Source: Hypanus sabinus
Taxonomy: Eukaryota
Direction: 5' to 3'
DNA length: 64,000 nucleotides
NCBI RefSeq assembly: GCF_030144855.1
Contig: NC_082720.1
Span: 66,030,001-66,094,000, forward strand
Positions within the stretch are counted from its first letter, which is position 1. Every line of letters starts with the position of its first letter. The notes below the pieces were generated by a model, which did no database searches, was not told the origin of the DNA, and saw only the letters and a program-made list of their open reading frames with translations. Made by a program: the position numbers and the translations under genes. Positions 11,840 to 24,078 of the stretch are shown here, in pieces.

Positions 11840-13035
11840 GTAGGAGACAGAATGTTTTCAGTGATATGTCTCTGGGAAAGAACTTGCAGTTTGCATACAT
11901 ACTGCAATTTCAGCATGTTTCTCCAGTTACTTCCCTTGTTTGAGAAGTTGTTTTTTACTCCAAAATGTCTGCTGATGTTTATTTACATCTTACTAACCTA
12001 TATTACTGCATTAAACCAACAGAATCTGGAAATACTTTGAAAAATTTTTCTCACTTAACTTGCTTTTAAACTTTTTTACTTTATTCCTGAGAACCAATGT
12101 GGCAAAATTTGTTTCCCACAGCTACAAATGATACTGCCACAAAAAACAATATTTCTTCATTACTTTAAAAAATAATTCAAATCTTCTAAAGTCATGCCAG
12201 AACACTTCCTCTCTACAAATGTCAGAGATTGATGTTTGAAGCCTCATTCAAGGTTTTAATGTGAATAATAATCAGAATCAGATTTAATATCACTGACATA
12301 TGTTGTGAAATTTGTTGTTAATTGGTATGAGTACTTTGCAACATGTGATAATAAAAACTGCCAATTAGAGTTTCTATAGCTATATACATATGAATATAGA
12401 AGATTAAATTAAATGAGTAGTGTAAAAAGAGTAATGAAAAATCAAGTGGTGAGGTAGTGTTCATGGGTTCAATGTCCATTCAGAAATATGATGGCAGAAG
12501 AAAGAAGTTATTCCTAATTTGCTGGTATGTGCCTTCAGGCTCCTGTAACTCATCCCTGATGGTAGCAATGAGAAGAAGTCATGTCCTGGGAGATGGAGTT
12601 GCCTAATGATATACGTTGCCTTTCTGAGGCATCATTCCTTGAAGATGTCCAAGTGCCCATGATAGAGCTGACTGAGTTTGCACCTTTCTGCAACTTTTTG
12701 TGATCCTGTGCAGGCTCCACACCACCCCCTACCCCCATACCAGATGGTGATGTAGCCATATGATTCAGGAATTTCACTACTAACCTTCATTCATCTATTG
12801 TAGAGCAGGAGTGTTGTGCTCAGAGGCATTGTGTTCAGGGACTGATCATTATACAATGTTGTCAAAACTGATGTAAAATACTCCACAAGCTCAAATAGTG
12901 CGATGAAATATTGCTCACTTATCGTGCCAGTGATGATTTGGGTTAGTTTTACAGTCAACAGAAAAAAAAAAGCAATACAGTTGAGTTGAAACTTTGGCCA
13001 TTGTTTAAAATCCCAGTGATTTGTTTTTTCCACAG

Positions 13036-13305
13036 TCACAGCTGAACCACCCAATGCAGTGACTGAGGGAGACAATGTTACCCTGACCTGCTCTGTGTCA
13101 GAGCTCAGTGAATCAATGAGACTGGTTTGGATCAACAGTGATGGTGCAACCGTGGATGAGAAAATATTCATGGAACAGAAGAGGAAAGGCTACTCTTTGC
13201 AGCTGATTATTCCAACAGATGATAAAGTCCAAATAAAATGGACATGTGTTTTGTTTCATCAAAACATACCCAAGATTTTTATTCCGTATTATCTTCAGGT
13301 GAACA
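13036..13305 (+). CDS. IgSF receptor exon: D4, C2-type Ig domain with WxC F-strand
   Basis: Acceptor ttttttccacag|TC and donor AACA|gtaagt, phase 1-1, 270 nt. Reads VTAEPPNAVTEGDNVTLTCSVSELSESMRLVWINSDG...YSLQLII...IKWTCVLFHQNIPKIFIPYYLQVN. Confidence 0.92.
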
Positions 13306-14929
13306 GTAAGTGATTTATGTTCAAGTTTTTGACATCTATTTTTTCAAGTCATAGACATTTCTGCTATATCTCAGGGCCCATCACATGCCTGTAACTTTAC
13401 TTCTATAGTAAGTAGACTAAGTCTCAGATGGGATCACTGCTGGTTGGTTGACTATTGAGCAAAGGCTGCCCTGGCACATAGAAAGCAACCATGAATTTAA
13501 TCACCAATGTCTGTCCTTTCTGAGAAGTGACTTGAGATATGACAAGTGATCTGTGTTTTCCAGGATATCACTGTGAACCTTTATTATTAGTGGACAGTGT
13601 TACACAGTGAAGTAGGTAATGGAGGATTGTTGTCTTGTTGTTAGGCAGGACAATCCTTTCAAAAGATAACACCAAGGCAGACTCAGCAAAATCGTCCTCC
13701 AAGATTAGCATTCTTAGTTACATCTATATCCAAATATGGAATGAAATGAGTCGTTTTGGACAATGACCAATGCAGTACAAGGATATGTTGGGTGGCAGCC
13801 CAACAGTGTTGCACCAGCATCGGATGCTGACAAGTTACTGACTATTACTAATCCATTTGTCTTTGGAATGTGAAAGGCAACTGGAGCACCCGGAGGAAGC
13901 ACACAGTCGTCGAGAACATATAGGCTCCTTACAGATAGCCTCGGCAATTGAACCCTGTTCACTGATGCTGTAAAGTGTTATGATAGCCGTTATTTAACGT
14001 GCCAACTGCAGGTGGTATTGGAGCATTCTGGTTCAGGAACAGTTATTACCCTTCAACCATGAGGCTCCTGAACCAGTGTGGATGACTTTACACACCTTAA
14101 CTCTGAACTGATTCCGCAACCAATGGACTCACTTTCAAGAAAACTGAACTCATGTTCTCAGTATAATTTACAGTATATCCTTTTTTTAAAAAATTATTTG
14201 CACTATTTGTCCTCTTTTGCTCATTGGTTGTTTATCAGACTCTGAAGGTAGCCTTTCATTGATTTCATTGTATTTTTCTGTTCTACTGTGAATGCATGAA
14301 AGGAAATGAATCACAATGTAGGATATGATGATATGTATGTAATTTAATAATTTACTTTGAACATACAATTTTGAACTCTTGGGATTCTCTGGCCAATGGG
14401 CACTCAAGACAGTGAACGTTGACAGCCATGGGTTCCTGTGGTGACAGCAGACAGAAGCATGGCATAAACAACAGAAGCAATGCAACTCCACACAAACTAC
14501 TCACTGACCACCATGTCAGGTAGCTTCTACCCAGTCAGTGGAAGCCCACATTGGCCTCAAACCAGAGAGGAGAAAACCTTTCTTGAATCCAATGGACTGG
14601 TGAGGACTGGTCATTATAACCAGTTAATAAGCATAGCATGCGATGACAGATAGATATGAAAGATGAGAAATGTTTGCTTCTAATTGAATTTTACTCATGA
14701 ATATTTTAGTTCAAAAATAAACATCTTAAAACTTCAATTTTCATTCACAGTCAAACAAGGAGCAAAGCATGCAGGACATGGATTTGGAGTTCAGTTCTAG
14801 TCACAATGTTCAGGAAGGATGTGAAGGTGTCATGTCTATGCTAAAATCTGCATTGCATGTGTAACTTTGTGTATTGAGGAAATGCCTCTTGTTCAAAAAT
14901 GAATTGAATCGGAAATGTCAAGTCCAGTT

Positions 14930-15600
14930 TCCTGCTGTAACAAACAAAAGAGATGGAGGAACTTAGTGGATGAAGGAGCATCTATGGTGGGAAATGGATA
15001 TTCAACATTTTGATCAAGAACCTTCATTGAAATTAGAAAGGAAGTGGGTAGATGCCCAATTTTAAAAGTGAGCATGAGGCATTGAGCAAGAGGTGGTGGG
15101 TGATTGGCAGATGTGAGAGGGTGGAGAGTAGGGATGATGTAAGAAGTTGGGAGGTGACAGGTGGAAGTGACATAAGGCTGAAAAATACTAAATCTGATAG
15201 GAGACGACAGTGGACCATGGAATAAAGTGAAGGAAGTGAGGAGGAGAACTGGAGGAAGGATTCTGTGGGTGACATGCAGTTGGGGAGGGGGGAACAGGAA
15301 GAGATGGTTTGACAGTGGCCAGTGGGATAAGAACATAATGCAGAAGGAGAGAATTAAGTTTTTACTGGAAGTTAGAGAAATTGACATTCATGCCATTAGG
15401 TTGGAGGCTCCCAGGGTGGAATATGAGGTTCTGTTCCTCTGTCTGCAATTAACCTCAACATGGCAGGAGAGGAGGCCTTGGACAGACATGTCAGTGTGGA
15501 ATTCAAAGAGGAATTAAAATGGGATGTTTCCAGGAGGTCTGCCTGGTATGGCAGACAGAACCAATGTGCTCAATGAACCAATCACACAATCTACATTGGG
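14930..15600 (-). mobile_element. Penelope-like element relic (GIY-YIG end and terminal repeat)
   Basis: Shares the GAAATTGACATTCATGCC..AGGTTGGAGGCT..CCAG block with the copy at about 20020-20960. The minus strand reads like the PLE endonuclease tail. Boundaries approximate. Confidence 0.6.
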
Positions 15601-15747
15601 TCTGGATGATGTAAAGGAGAGTAGTTTCCTGCTGAGTGAGATTTGCATGGATAATATACAAAAACAACTTAAAACAGGCACAAAAATATTTATAAATGGA
15701 GGTACATCCAATATCTAGGCAATTCTGTCACTCTTATGGTGCCATTT

Positions 15748-15933
15748 ATTTGGATAGGACTTATCATTGACCAGTGTTATTTGGCTAGCACTCAGTGTTG
15801 ACCAGTGTCATTTGGATAGGACTCAGTATTGACCAGTGTCATTTGGATAGGACTCAGTGTTGACCAGTGTCATTTGGATAGGACTCAGCATTGACCAGTG
15901 TCATTTGGATAGGACTCAGCATTGACCAGAGTC
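15748..15933. repeat. 31-bp minisatellite, 6 tandem copies
   Basis: Unit ATTTGGATAGGACTCAG(T/C)(G/A)TTGACCAGTGTC, starting at 15748, 15779, 15810, 15841, 15872 and 15903, head-to-tail with no spacers. Confidence 0.97.
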
Positions 15934-16599
15934 GTTTCTGATGTCAACCTTCCAATGAAATTACAGTAGGTCAAAATTTTAACAGTTTCTCCGTCCACTG
16001 ATGCAGCCCAATTTGCTGTATGTTTCCAACATTTTGTGCCATTTGTATTATTTATCATGGATCAGATGACCCTACTCAACCTGGATATTCTCTTTCTCAC
16101 ATTGAGCAGAAGATATAAAAGTCTGAAAGCACAAACCACCAGGTGCAAGGACAGCTTCTATTCCACTGTTATAAGAAGCAGGTTCAGAATTATTACCACC
16201 GATATGTGTAGTGAAATTTGTTAACTTAGCAGCAGCAGTACAATGGCACCACTCCTTGAAGATGTCTTGGATACTACGGAGATTTGTAAACAAGATGGAG
16301 CTGACTAATTTTACAACTTTTTGCAGGTTCTTTTAGTCTTATATAGTATCCCCCTCCCCTCTCCATCCTATACCAGACAGTCAGAATGTTCTCCATGGTA
16401 CATGTATAGAAGATTTTGAATGTTTTAGGTTACAAACCAAATCTCTTCAAACTCCTAATGCAACATAGCTACTGTCTTGCTTTCCTTCTAGCCGTATCAA
16501 TATGTTTGGACCAGGTTAGTTAGATCCTCAGAGATTTTGACCCCCAGGTACTTGAAATTGCTCACTTTCTCCACTTCTGATCCCTCTGAGAATTAGTTT

Positions 16600-17200
16600 G
16601 TATTCCCTCAGCTCAACCTTCCTGGTCCACAATCAGTTCTTTGGTCTTACTGACATTGAGAGCAAGGTTGTTGCTGTGACACCACTCAACTAGCTGATAT
16701 ATCTCACTCCTGTATGCCCTCTTGTCTCCTTCTGAGATTCTACCAGCAATGGTTGTAACATCAGCAAATTTTATAGATGGCATATACCTAACCACACAGT
16801 CATGGGTATAGAGGGAGTAGAGCAGCGGGTTAAGCACACATCCCAGAGGTGCACCAGTGTTGACCGTCAGCAAGGAACAAATATTATTACCAATCCACAC
16901 AAAGTCTGGTGTTCTGGTTAGGAAGTCGAGGATCCAATTGCAGAAAGAAGTACAGGGGCCCAGGTTCTATAGCTTATCAATCAGGACTGTGTGAATGATG
17001 GTGTTAAATGCTGAGCTATAGTCAACAACCAGCATCCTGACTTAGGTATTTTTATTGTCCTTATGATCTAAAGCCGTGTGAAGTGGAATTGTAATTGCAT
17101 CTGCCATAGACATATTGTGGCGATAGGCAAATTGCAGTTGGTCCAGCTCTTCACTGAGGCAGGAGTTGATTCTAGTTATGATCTACCTCTCAAAGCATTT
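16600..17200 (-). mobile_element. Rex1/Babar LINE RT fragment
   Basis: ORF 16613..16900: [31 protein letters not shown]....IKFAD.TTI.GRIS...ELIVD. Confidence 0.85.
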
Positions 17201-18385
17201 CAAAGCAGACTCTTGAATGTAACTCTTGTCTGGTAAGCTATATTCTCAAATTCATTATAAACTTACACTTTATTGTTATTGCACTTTCTCAGTGGCTTTT
17301 ACACTTTATTCTGCATTGTTATTGTTTTACATTGTTCTACATCAATGCACTGTGTCATGATTTAATCTGTGTTAACAGTATGCAAGACAAGCTTTTTAGT
17401 GTATCCTGGAACATGCGACAATAACAAACCAATATCCAATACCAGATATCGAACATCAGCTCCAGTAGTCTGGCACACAAAGCTTGTCATCCTTTGGCCC
17501 AACTACAGCCTGCTTCTGTCAAGTGCTAAGATGTCCTTTAAAAACAGGAGACTAGATGTCAGAGGAGTCACAGTGTGAATAGATCAGTGAAGGGTGTATT
17601 CTGGAAGTACACAGAAACATTTTCACTAGCACTGCAATGGAATAGTGAATTTCAGCTGCACGGTTATCAGTAGGCAGTAGATAAATGCACAACAGAGTTG
17701 TAGTACTTGAAAATCAGTAAGTTCTAGATGCAGGAATTCTGAAGGAAAGACTGAAATTCTGGAAACACTAAGTAGGTGTGACAGTATCTGAGGAAACAGA
17801 AAAATGTTAACTTTTCAGGTCAAAGAAACTGTCTTGGAATCTGATGGAGGTATTTCAAAAGACCCTTCCTTTAAATCTTACGGAATATTTTTGACATGAA
17901 ACATCAATTCTGCCAGTTACCTTTCCATAAAAGCTGCCTAACCTGCTGAGTGTATCTCACATTTACAGCTCCCGTTCAGAGGGGACAGAAGTTCTGGGGC
18001 AAAAGCCTCCCCACTGTGTACAATTCCTATTTTAGTAGAAACCCAGACTATGATGGGCATTCCCCTGTTGAACAGTGGGAGGCCTCACACATGAACTGGA
18101 TCCCTGTCAGCTACATATTCCCACGCATCCTCTGCCAGAATGAATTGGGACCTAGATCCCACTGTGATTCATTTCTTGTCTCTCTCTGCTGGTTACTGAG
18201 GACAGGTGTAGTTCTTCAACATTCAGGTCAGTTGACCTTGATCAGAAATTAAACCCAGAACCTGTGATGTAAATTAGTCAGTTTTTTTAAGCTTTTTTTA
18301 AAAATTAGTCAGCTGTCTACATTTAGACAGCTTTTGAATGATGTCAACATAATAAATGAGAAATTTGTGCTCATTGTTTTGACAG

Positions 18386-18493
18386 AGGATCGCAGTTTTA
18401 AACACACCACTGTTGTAATTATTGGTGGACTGGCCCTTCTCCTCATCATTGTCCTGGTGATGGTGTTGTGTCTAAGAAAGTGCAAGGTTACAG
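18386..18493 (+). CDS. IgSF receptor exon: stalk plus transmembrane helix
   Basis: Acceptor cattgttttgacag|AG and donor ACAG|gtaagg, phase 1-1, 108 nt. Reads (K)DRSFKHTTVVIIGGLALLLIIVLVMVLCLRKCKVT: about 22 uncharged residues followed by a basic stop-transfer, with no charged TM residue. Confidence 0.92.
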
Positions 18494-18809
18494 GTAAGGT
18501 ACCTGAAGAAATGGGGAACATGATTCCAAAAACAAACAGTGGCAATTTTATCTTTTTTACACAGAGGAATCATATTAAACTGCAGTTTGGGTTGAATCTA
18601 ATGACTTCTGAAATTAAGGAAATAAGTCAGATATTAATGTATCACCAAACCTGAATCTGATGACTGTAGAAACATAAATTACATATTGTTGCATTTTTTT
18701 AAACTTGTAAATATTTGAGCTTATGGGCAGTTGAAGTGCATTTTGCTAAATGCATGAAGTTGGAGAAAAAAGCTGAAAGAATTTTAAAAGCACTCCGCTG
18801 TCTTTACAG

Positions 18810-18908
18810 GTTTGAGAAATCAAAGAGAGAAATCACGGCAAACAGAGAGGAACACAGAAGATGACTCTAACCTTTATGCAAATCCAAATGAAATGCAGCC
18901 AACACAAG
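18810..18908 (+). CDS. IgSF receptor cytoplasmic exon 1 (LYAN motif)
   Basis: Acceptor gctgtctttacag|GT and donor CAAG|gtaaca, phase 1-1, 99 nt. Reads (G)LRNQREKSRQTERNTEDDSNLYANPNEMQPTQ. Confidence 0.85.
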
Positions 18909-19509
18909 GTAACATCAAGACAGAAGTATCAAAGAAATTTTACTTTTGTGTCCCAAAAGCTTACAGCTGTTTGTCTTACCTTTGTAACTTAAAAGTAATC
19001 TTCAAACATGGAAATATTGTGGCATTATAAAGCCAAAAGAGACAGGAGCATAATTAGGCCATTTGATCTATCGAGTCTGCTCAGCCATTTCATCATGGCT
19101 GATCCATTTCCTTCTCAGCCCCAGTCTTTTGCCTCCTCTCTGTAACCCTTCATGCTCTGACTAATCATCAATCTATCAACTTCAATGAATTCCACAGATA
19201 CGCCACTCTCTGGCTAAAGAAATTCCTCCTCATCTCCATTTTAAATGGACGTCCCTCTAATCTGAGGTCATGACCTCTGGTCTTAGACTTGGCCACCATA
19301 GGAAATATCTTCCCCAAAATCTACTCCATCGCGACCTTTCAATATTCAATAGGTTTCAATGAGGGCCCCCTTCATTCTTCTGCATTCCAGTGAGTACAGG
19401 CACAGATCCATTAAATGCCCCTCTTGTGATAAGCCCTTTAATCCTGTATAATTTTTCTGTACAATCTCCCAGCATGACATGAACCAATGTAACCTCACTC
19501 TAACCTCAG

Positions 19510-19650
19510 NNNNNNNNNNNNNNNNNNNNNNNNNNNNNNNNNNNNNNNNNNNNNNNNNNNNNNNNNNNNNNNNNNNNNNNNNNNNNNNNNNNNNNNNNNN
19601 NNNNNNNNNNNNNNNNNNNNNNNNNNNNNNNNNNNNNNNNNNNNNNNNNN
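19510..19650. other. Assembly gap (141 N)
   Basis: Run of n from 19510 to 19650. Confidence 1.
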
Positions 19651-20019
19651 AGGTGTCAGAGACTCATAGTATCACAAATGGATACGCCATCATAACAGGC
19701 CATTTGTGTCATAACAGATTCTATTTCACAACAATTCAATGAGATGAGCTGTCCTCATCTCAGTGCCCTGAGATTGTCTTATGGTCTTATATAATAAATC
19801 TGCCATGATTGAATTGCAGGGCAGACTCAATGGGCCAACTGGCTTAATTTTGGTCCTCTGTCTTATGGTCTTATTTCAGACATATACAGTATTCAAAAGT
19901 AAAAGAGAACAGTCCTTACCCTGAGCATTGTTAGGCCAATACCCTTGCTCTACACCACCACCTTCTGACAATTGGAGGATAGCCTCATTGTCTGGATGCC
20001 TGATACTAATGTCCTGAGA

Positions 20020-20960
20020 CACTGATATTCTGCAGATGCTGGAAATCTTGGGCATCATACACAAAGTGCTGGACGAACTCTGCAGGTCAGGTAGCATCTA
20101 TAGAAATGTGTAAACAATCGACATTTCGGGTGAGACTTCTTCAGGACTGGAGAGGAAGAGAAGTCAGAGTAAGAAGGTTGGGGGGAGGGGAGAAAAAGAA
20201 GTACAATGAGGTTGGTGATATGTGAAACTGGGAGAGATGGAAGAAAGAGAGGAGGGAGGAACACCAGTGGGAGGTGATGGGCAGGTTAGGAGAAAAGGTG
20301 AGGAAAGGAAACAGGAAGGGGGAATAGTGAAGGGGAGGGGGCAATCACCGGAAGCTCAAGAAATCAATGTTCATGCCATCAGGTTGGAGACTACCCGGAC
20401 GGAATATAAGTGTTGCTTCTCCAACCTGAACATGACCTCATTCTGGCAGTAGGGGAGGCCATTGACTGACATGCCAGAATAGGAATAGGCAGTAGAATTG
20501 AAATGGTGGCCATCAGGAGATCTCACTTTTTATAGTGAACAGAGCGAAGATGCTCAGCAAAGTAGTCTCGCAAATGTGTCAGGACTCACTGATATACAGG
20601 AAGGCACACAGGGAGCACAGATACAGTAGATGATCCCAACAGACTCAACAGATGAAGCGTCACCTCACCTGGAAGGACTGTTAGTGGCCCTGAATGGTAG
20701 TGAGGGAGGATGTGTAGGGGCTGGGGTAGCATTTGTTCCACTCCCAAGGATAAGTACTAGAAAGGAGATCAGTGGGAGGGATGAGTGGACAAAGGATTCG
20801 CATAGGGAGCAATCCCTGTGGAAAGTGGAAAGTGGGTGGGGGATGGAGAAAATGTGCTTGGTGATAGAATCCTGTAGGAGATTATGGAAGTTACGGAGAA
20901 TTATGTGCTAGATGCGGAGGCGAGTGAGGTGGTAGGAGAGAACAAGAACTCGTCCCTCCC
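20020..20960 (-). mobile_element. Penelope-like element relic with degraded GIY-YIG endonuclease
   Basis: The minus strand gives YC..CSLCAFLYISES...HFNSTAYSYSGMSVNGL.YCQNE..FRLEKQHL, matching the PLE pattern YCIRC..C.LLYIGET...HFNS...RLEEQHL. The terminal GATGCTGGAAATC...GACATTTCGGG repeat is present. Boundaries approximate. Confidence 0.7.
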
Positions 20961-21318
20961 CACCGATAGCTAGGACTCAATGAACTGCTGTTAAGATATG
21001 TTACATTTACCCAATAAAAAAACCTTTTGAAGTTCATTCATTCCGTGTTACTGGAATTCAAAACTGGGAATTGACCTGGACCTTCCACAATGTATTAAAG
21101 TGTAGTGTGGTACAACATGTTTCCATTAACTCTCTGAATCAATCCCCATATTATCATTGTAACATTGAATGCCTTTAGCACACATTATTAATACTGCGAT
21201 CACATAGTATTTCTCCTCATGCAGGTGGCTGTCATTATTGATAGGGCACTTTTTTCTCAAGATACCCGATGTTACTTCTTGAAAATCAAGCCAAGTAAAT
21301 GAAATGTTTATTCTCCAG

Positions 21319-21396
21319 GAACTAATGCGATGCCGGAGCCTGAATCCAGCCATATTGCTGAATATATGTCTGTGAGCAGGAAGGCAGTACAAAAAG
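21319..21396 (+). CDS. IgSF receptor cytoplasmic exon 2 (EYMSV motif)
   Basis: Acceptor gtttattctccag|GA and donor AAAG|gtaaat, phase 1-1, 78 nt, open in the frame the upstream exon requires. Reads (G)TNAMPEPESSHIAEYMSVSRKAVQK. Not present in the supplied ORF track. Confidence 0.75.
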
Positions 21397-21671
21397 GTAA
21401 ATAGATCAATCTCTTATTCAATGAATTTCTCTGCTTGTACATTTGTGAAATTATTAACACAACAGTTTGCAGGTTTGCAATCAAAATCTATATATAGAGG
21501 AATTGAATCTCAATCACAAAACTGACTGATCAATCCAATACCCCATCTAGTGCCTACTACCCTTCACTCCTTCCCAGTCTCTTTCAAACAACACAGGCCT
21601 CACTCTGCATTCTACAAGGGTCTAATTTTCGCTGGATCATTATGGTTAAGACATAAAAGTAGATAAACCAC

Positions 21672-21950
21672 AACATAGTGTAGTGGTTAGCACAATGTTT
21701 TACTATATGGATGATTTGGGTTCAAATTATGCCACTGCCTGTAAGGAGTTTGTATGTTCTCCCCGTGACCCCGTGTGTTTTCTCCGGGTGTTCTGGTTTA
21801 CTCCCACAGTCCAAAGACGTACTGGTTGGTAGGCTAATTGGTCATTGTAAATTGTCCCATGATTAGGCTTGGATTAAATCGGGAGGCTGCTAGGTGGCAT
21901 GGCTCAAAAGGCTGGAAGTGCCAATACCATGCTGTATCCCAATCAATAAA
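21672..21950 (+). mobile_element. HE1/V-SINE-type tRNA-derived SINE (other copies near 2900-3170, 11010-11100, 13840-13990(-), 23180-23450, 23670-23990 and 44620-44860(-))
   Basis: tRNA-like head GTGTAGTGGTTAGCAC...GGTTCAAAT followed by the V-SINE core TGTATGTTCTCCCCGTGACC...TTTCTCCGGGTGTTCTGGTTTACTCCCACAGTCCAAAGACGT...GGCTAATTGGTCATTGTAAATTGTCC. Confidence 0.75.
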
Positions 21951-24024
21951 TAAACACACACATTGGGATCACACTTCTGGAAAGTGGATAGCATGGTTGG
22001 TGGCCGCAGGGTCGGCACAACATTGTGGGCTGAAGGGCCTGTAATATGCTGTACTATACTATGTTCTATGTTCTAGAACGAGTCCACGGTCCTTGTGCTC
22101 TAAATGTGACCATCCACTTCATGAGATCTCATCCACTATTGAATACCTCCACCACATTTCAGCAGTACTTCAATGTGTCTGGAATCACTGAATATTATCT
22201 GTCAACGTGTCAGTGTAGTGTGAACATGTCATATTAGACACCATTGCTTTCTCAAGAAATTAGGTGATATTTCTGAATATGCAAGAACAATAGAGCAGTC
22301 TGTCTTGAAAAATCTGAAATACTTATTAATAAATCAGACCACTCTGATAATTTTCATGTGAAAAATCTTTTTCCAAATTCCAGCCTTCTCCTTAAACTAT
22401 TTAATCAATCTAGTCCAAGTCCATGATTATATTTAATGATATGGCATCAACCAGTGGAGAATTCACCTGGCTCATTGTTTTCTGGGAATTCCCTATTTCA
22501 GTCCAGAATGGCTCCTGCCTTGGACTCTCCACTGTAGGAAATATCCTTTCTACATCCACTTTGTTGGGATTCTGTTGTTTTCTATTGAGCTTCTCTTATT
22601 CTTCTAAATTTCAGAGAATACAATTTGAATGAACCCAAATTCTCCATGAGACCATGTGACCATACAGATTCGCAACATCTAATATCTAGGGTCACACATG
22701 CAGTGTTTACATACTGCAGAACTATTTACGCCGTGGAAATAAAATCAGGACAGTGGTGAGAGAGGTGGCTGGAAGAAACCAGAGAAAATAAGAGTTGAGT
22801 TAGCCATGTTCTAATAAATATGGAGCGAAACAATCTGTGTTGGACCATAAGACCACAAGCTGTAGGAGCAGAACTAGACCATTTGGGTCACTGAATATGA
22901 TCTGCCTTTCCAACGTAGCTGATCCATTTCCATCTCAGCCCCAAACTCCTGCCTTCTCCTGGTAACCCTTCATGTCCTGACTAAACAAGAATCTCTCAAG
23001 CTCTGCCTTAAATATACCCAATGACTTGGTCTCCACAGCTGCCTGTGGCAAAGAATACCACAGATTCACCACTCCCTGGCTGAAGAAATTCCTCCTCATC
23101 TCTGTTCTAAATGGATGTCCCACTTTTCTGAAACTGTGCCTTCTAGGTTGCTATGTTGCAGTGTCAACATAACACCAAAGAAGTGTACTGATTAACACAG
23201 TGCTTTATAGCATAAGCAGTAAGAATGGGGTTCAAATCCCACCACTGACTCTCGGGAGTTTGTACGTTCTCTCTGTGACCACATGGGTTTCCTCATGTGC
23301 CCTGATTTCCTCCCACATTCTAAAGATGTACAGGTTAGGGTTTGTAAGTTGTGGGAATTTTACGTTGGCACCGGAAGTGTGATGACACTTGCACACTGTT
23401 CAACACAATCCTTGCTGTTTGGATTTGAAATAAATGACATGTATAATTTTTATAATCCTCGCTGATTTGATACTTTTGATGCATTAAGCATTTTGATCTT
23501 ACTGAACAGTGATGTTTCCAGTTTGGAATTAATCCATTACTTGATTTGTATGTTAATGCCTCCTGATACAAATGCAAATTCCTTGTAGACACAAGATGTA
23601 AATGTGTGGAACAATAAAACTAACTGCAGGAGGAACTCAGCAGATAGAACAAACTCAAATCAATTGGGGCAACATGGTAGCGTAGTGATTAGTGTAACAC
23701 TTTGCAGCACCAGTGATTGGGCTCAGTTCTGATGCTGTCTGTAAGGAGTTTGTACTTTCTTCCCATGACCGTGTAGACTTTCTCTGGGTGCTCCAGTTTC
23801 CTCCCAGATTCCAAAGACTATGGTCATGGTTGGGAAGTTGTGGGCAAGTTATGTGGTGTGGAAAGCATAGTGACACTTGTAGGCTGCCACCAGCGCAACC
23901 TCAGACTATGTTGGTTGTTTACATAAACAATACATTTCACTGCATGTTTCAATGTTTTGATGTTCATGAACAAATAAAGCTAATTTTTATCTTTATTATC
24001 TTTGTTTCTATTTTGTCCCTGCAG

Positions 24025-24078
24025 ACACAGAGGAAAATATTCATTATGGATCCATCTGCTTCAAGAAAAATGCACCAG
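24025..24078 (+). CDS. IgSF receptor cytoplasmic exon 3 (ITIM IHYGSI)
   Basis: Strong acceptor tttctattttgtccctgcag|AC and donor CCAG|gtgata, phase 1-1, 54 nt. Reads (D)TEENIHYGSICFKKNAP. Confidence 0.85.

Noticed and set aside
13564-13615. AG...GT-bounded segment after D4 that looks like an exon
   Set aside because: It contains a TGA stop in the required phase-1 frame.
14751-14774. Possible 24-nt stalk exon after ttttcattcacag
   Set aside because: There is no GT donor at the in-frame end, and D4 joins the TM exon in frame without it.
15748-15933. Regular 31-bp repeats resembling a CRISPR array
   Set aside because: The units are head-to-tail with no unique spacers, no cas genes are present, and the context is eukaryotic; this is a minisatellite.
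21672-21740. tRNA-like sequences at SINE heads as tRNA genes
   Set aside because: They are degenerate and run straight into the V-SINE core; they are SINE 5' ends.
23589-23617. Possible alternative terminal exon DTRCKCVEQ* giving a CD4-like CxC, with AATAAA at 23613
   Set aside because: The polypyrimidine tract is weak and the sequence is the degraded end of the common ...GGAGGAACTCAGCAG repeat. It is most likely chance; reconsider only if junction reads appear.
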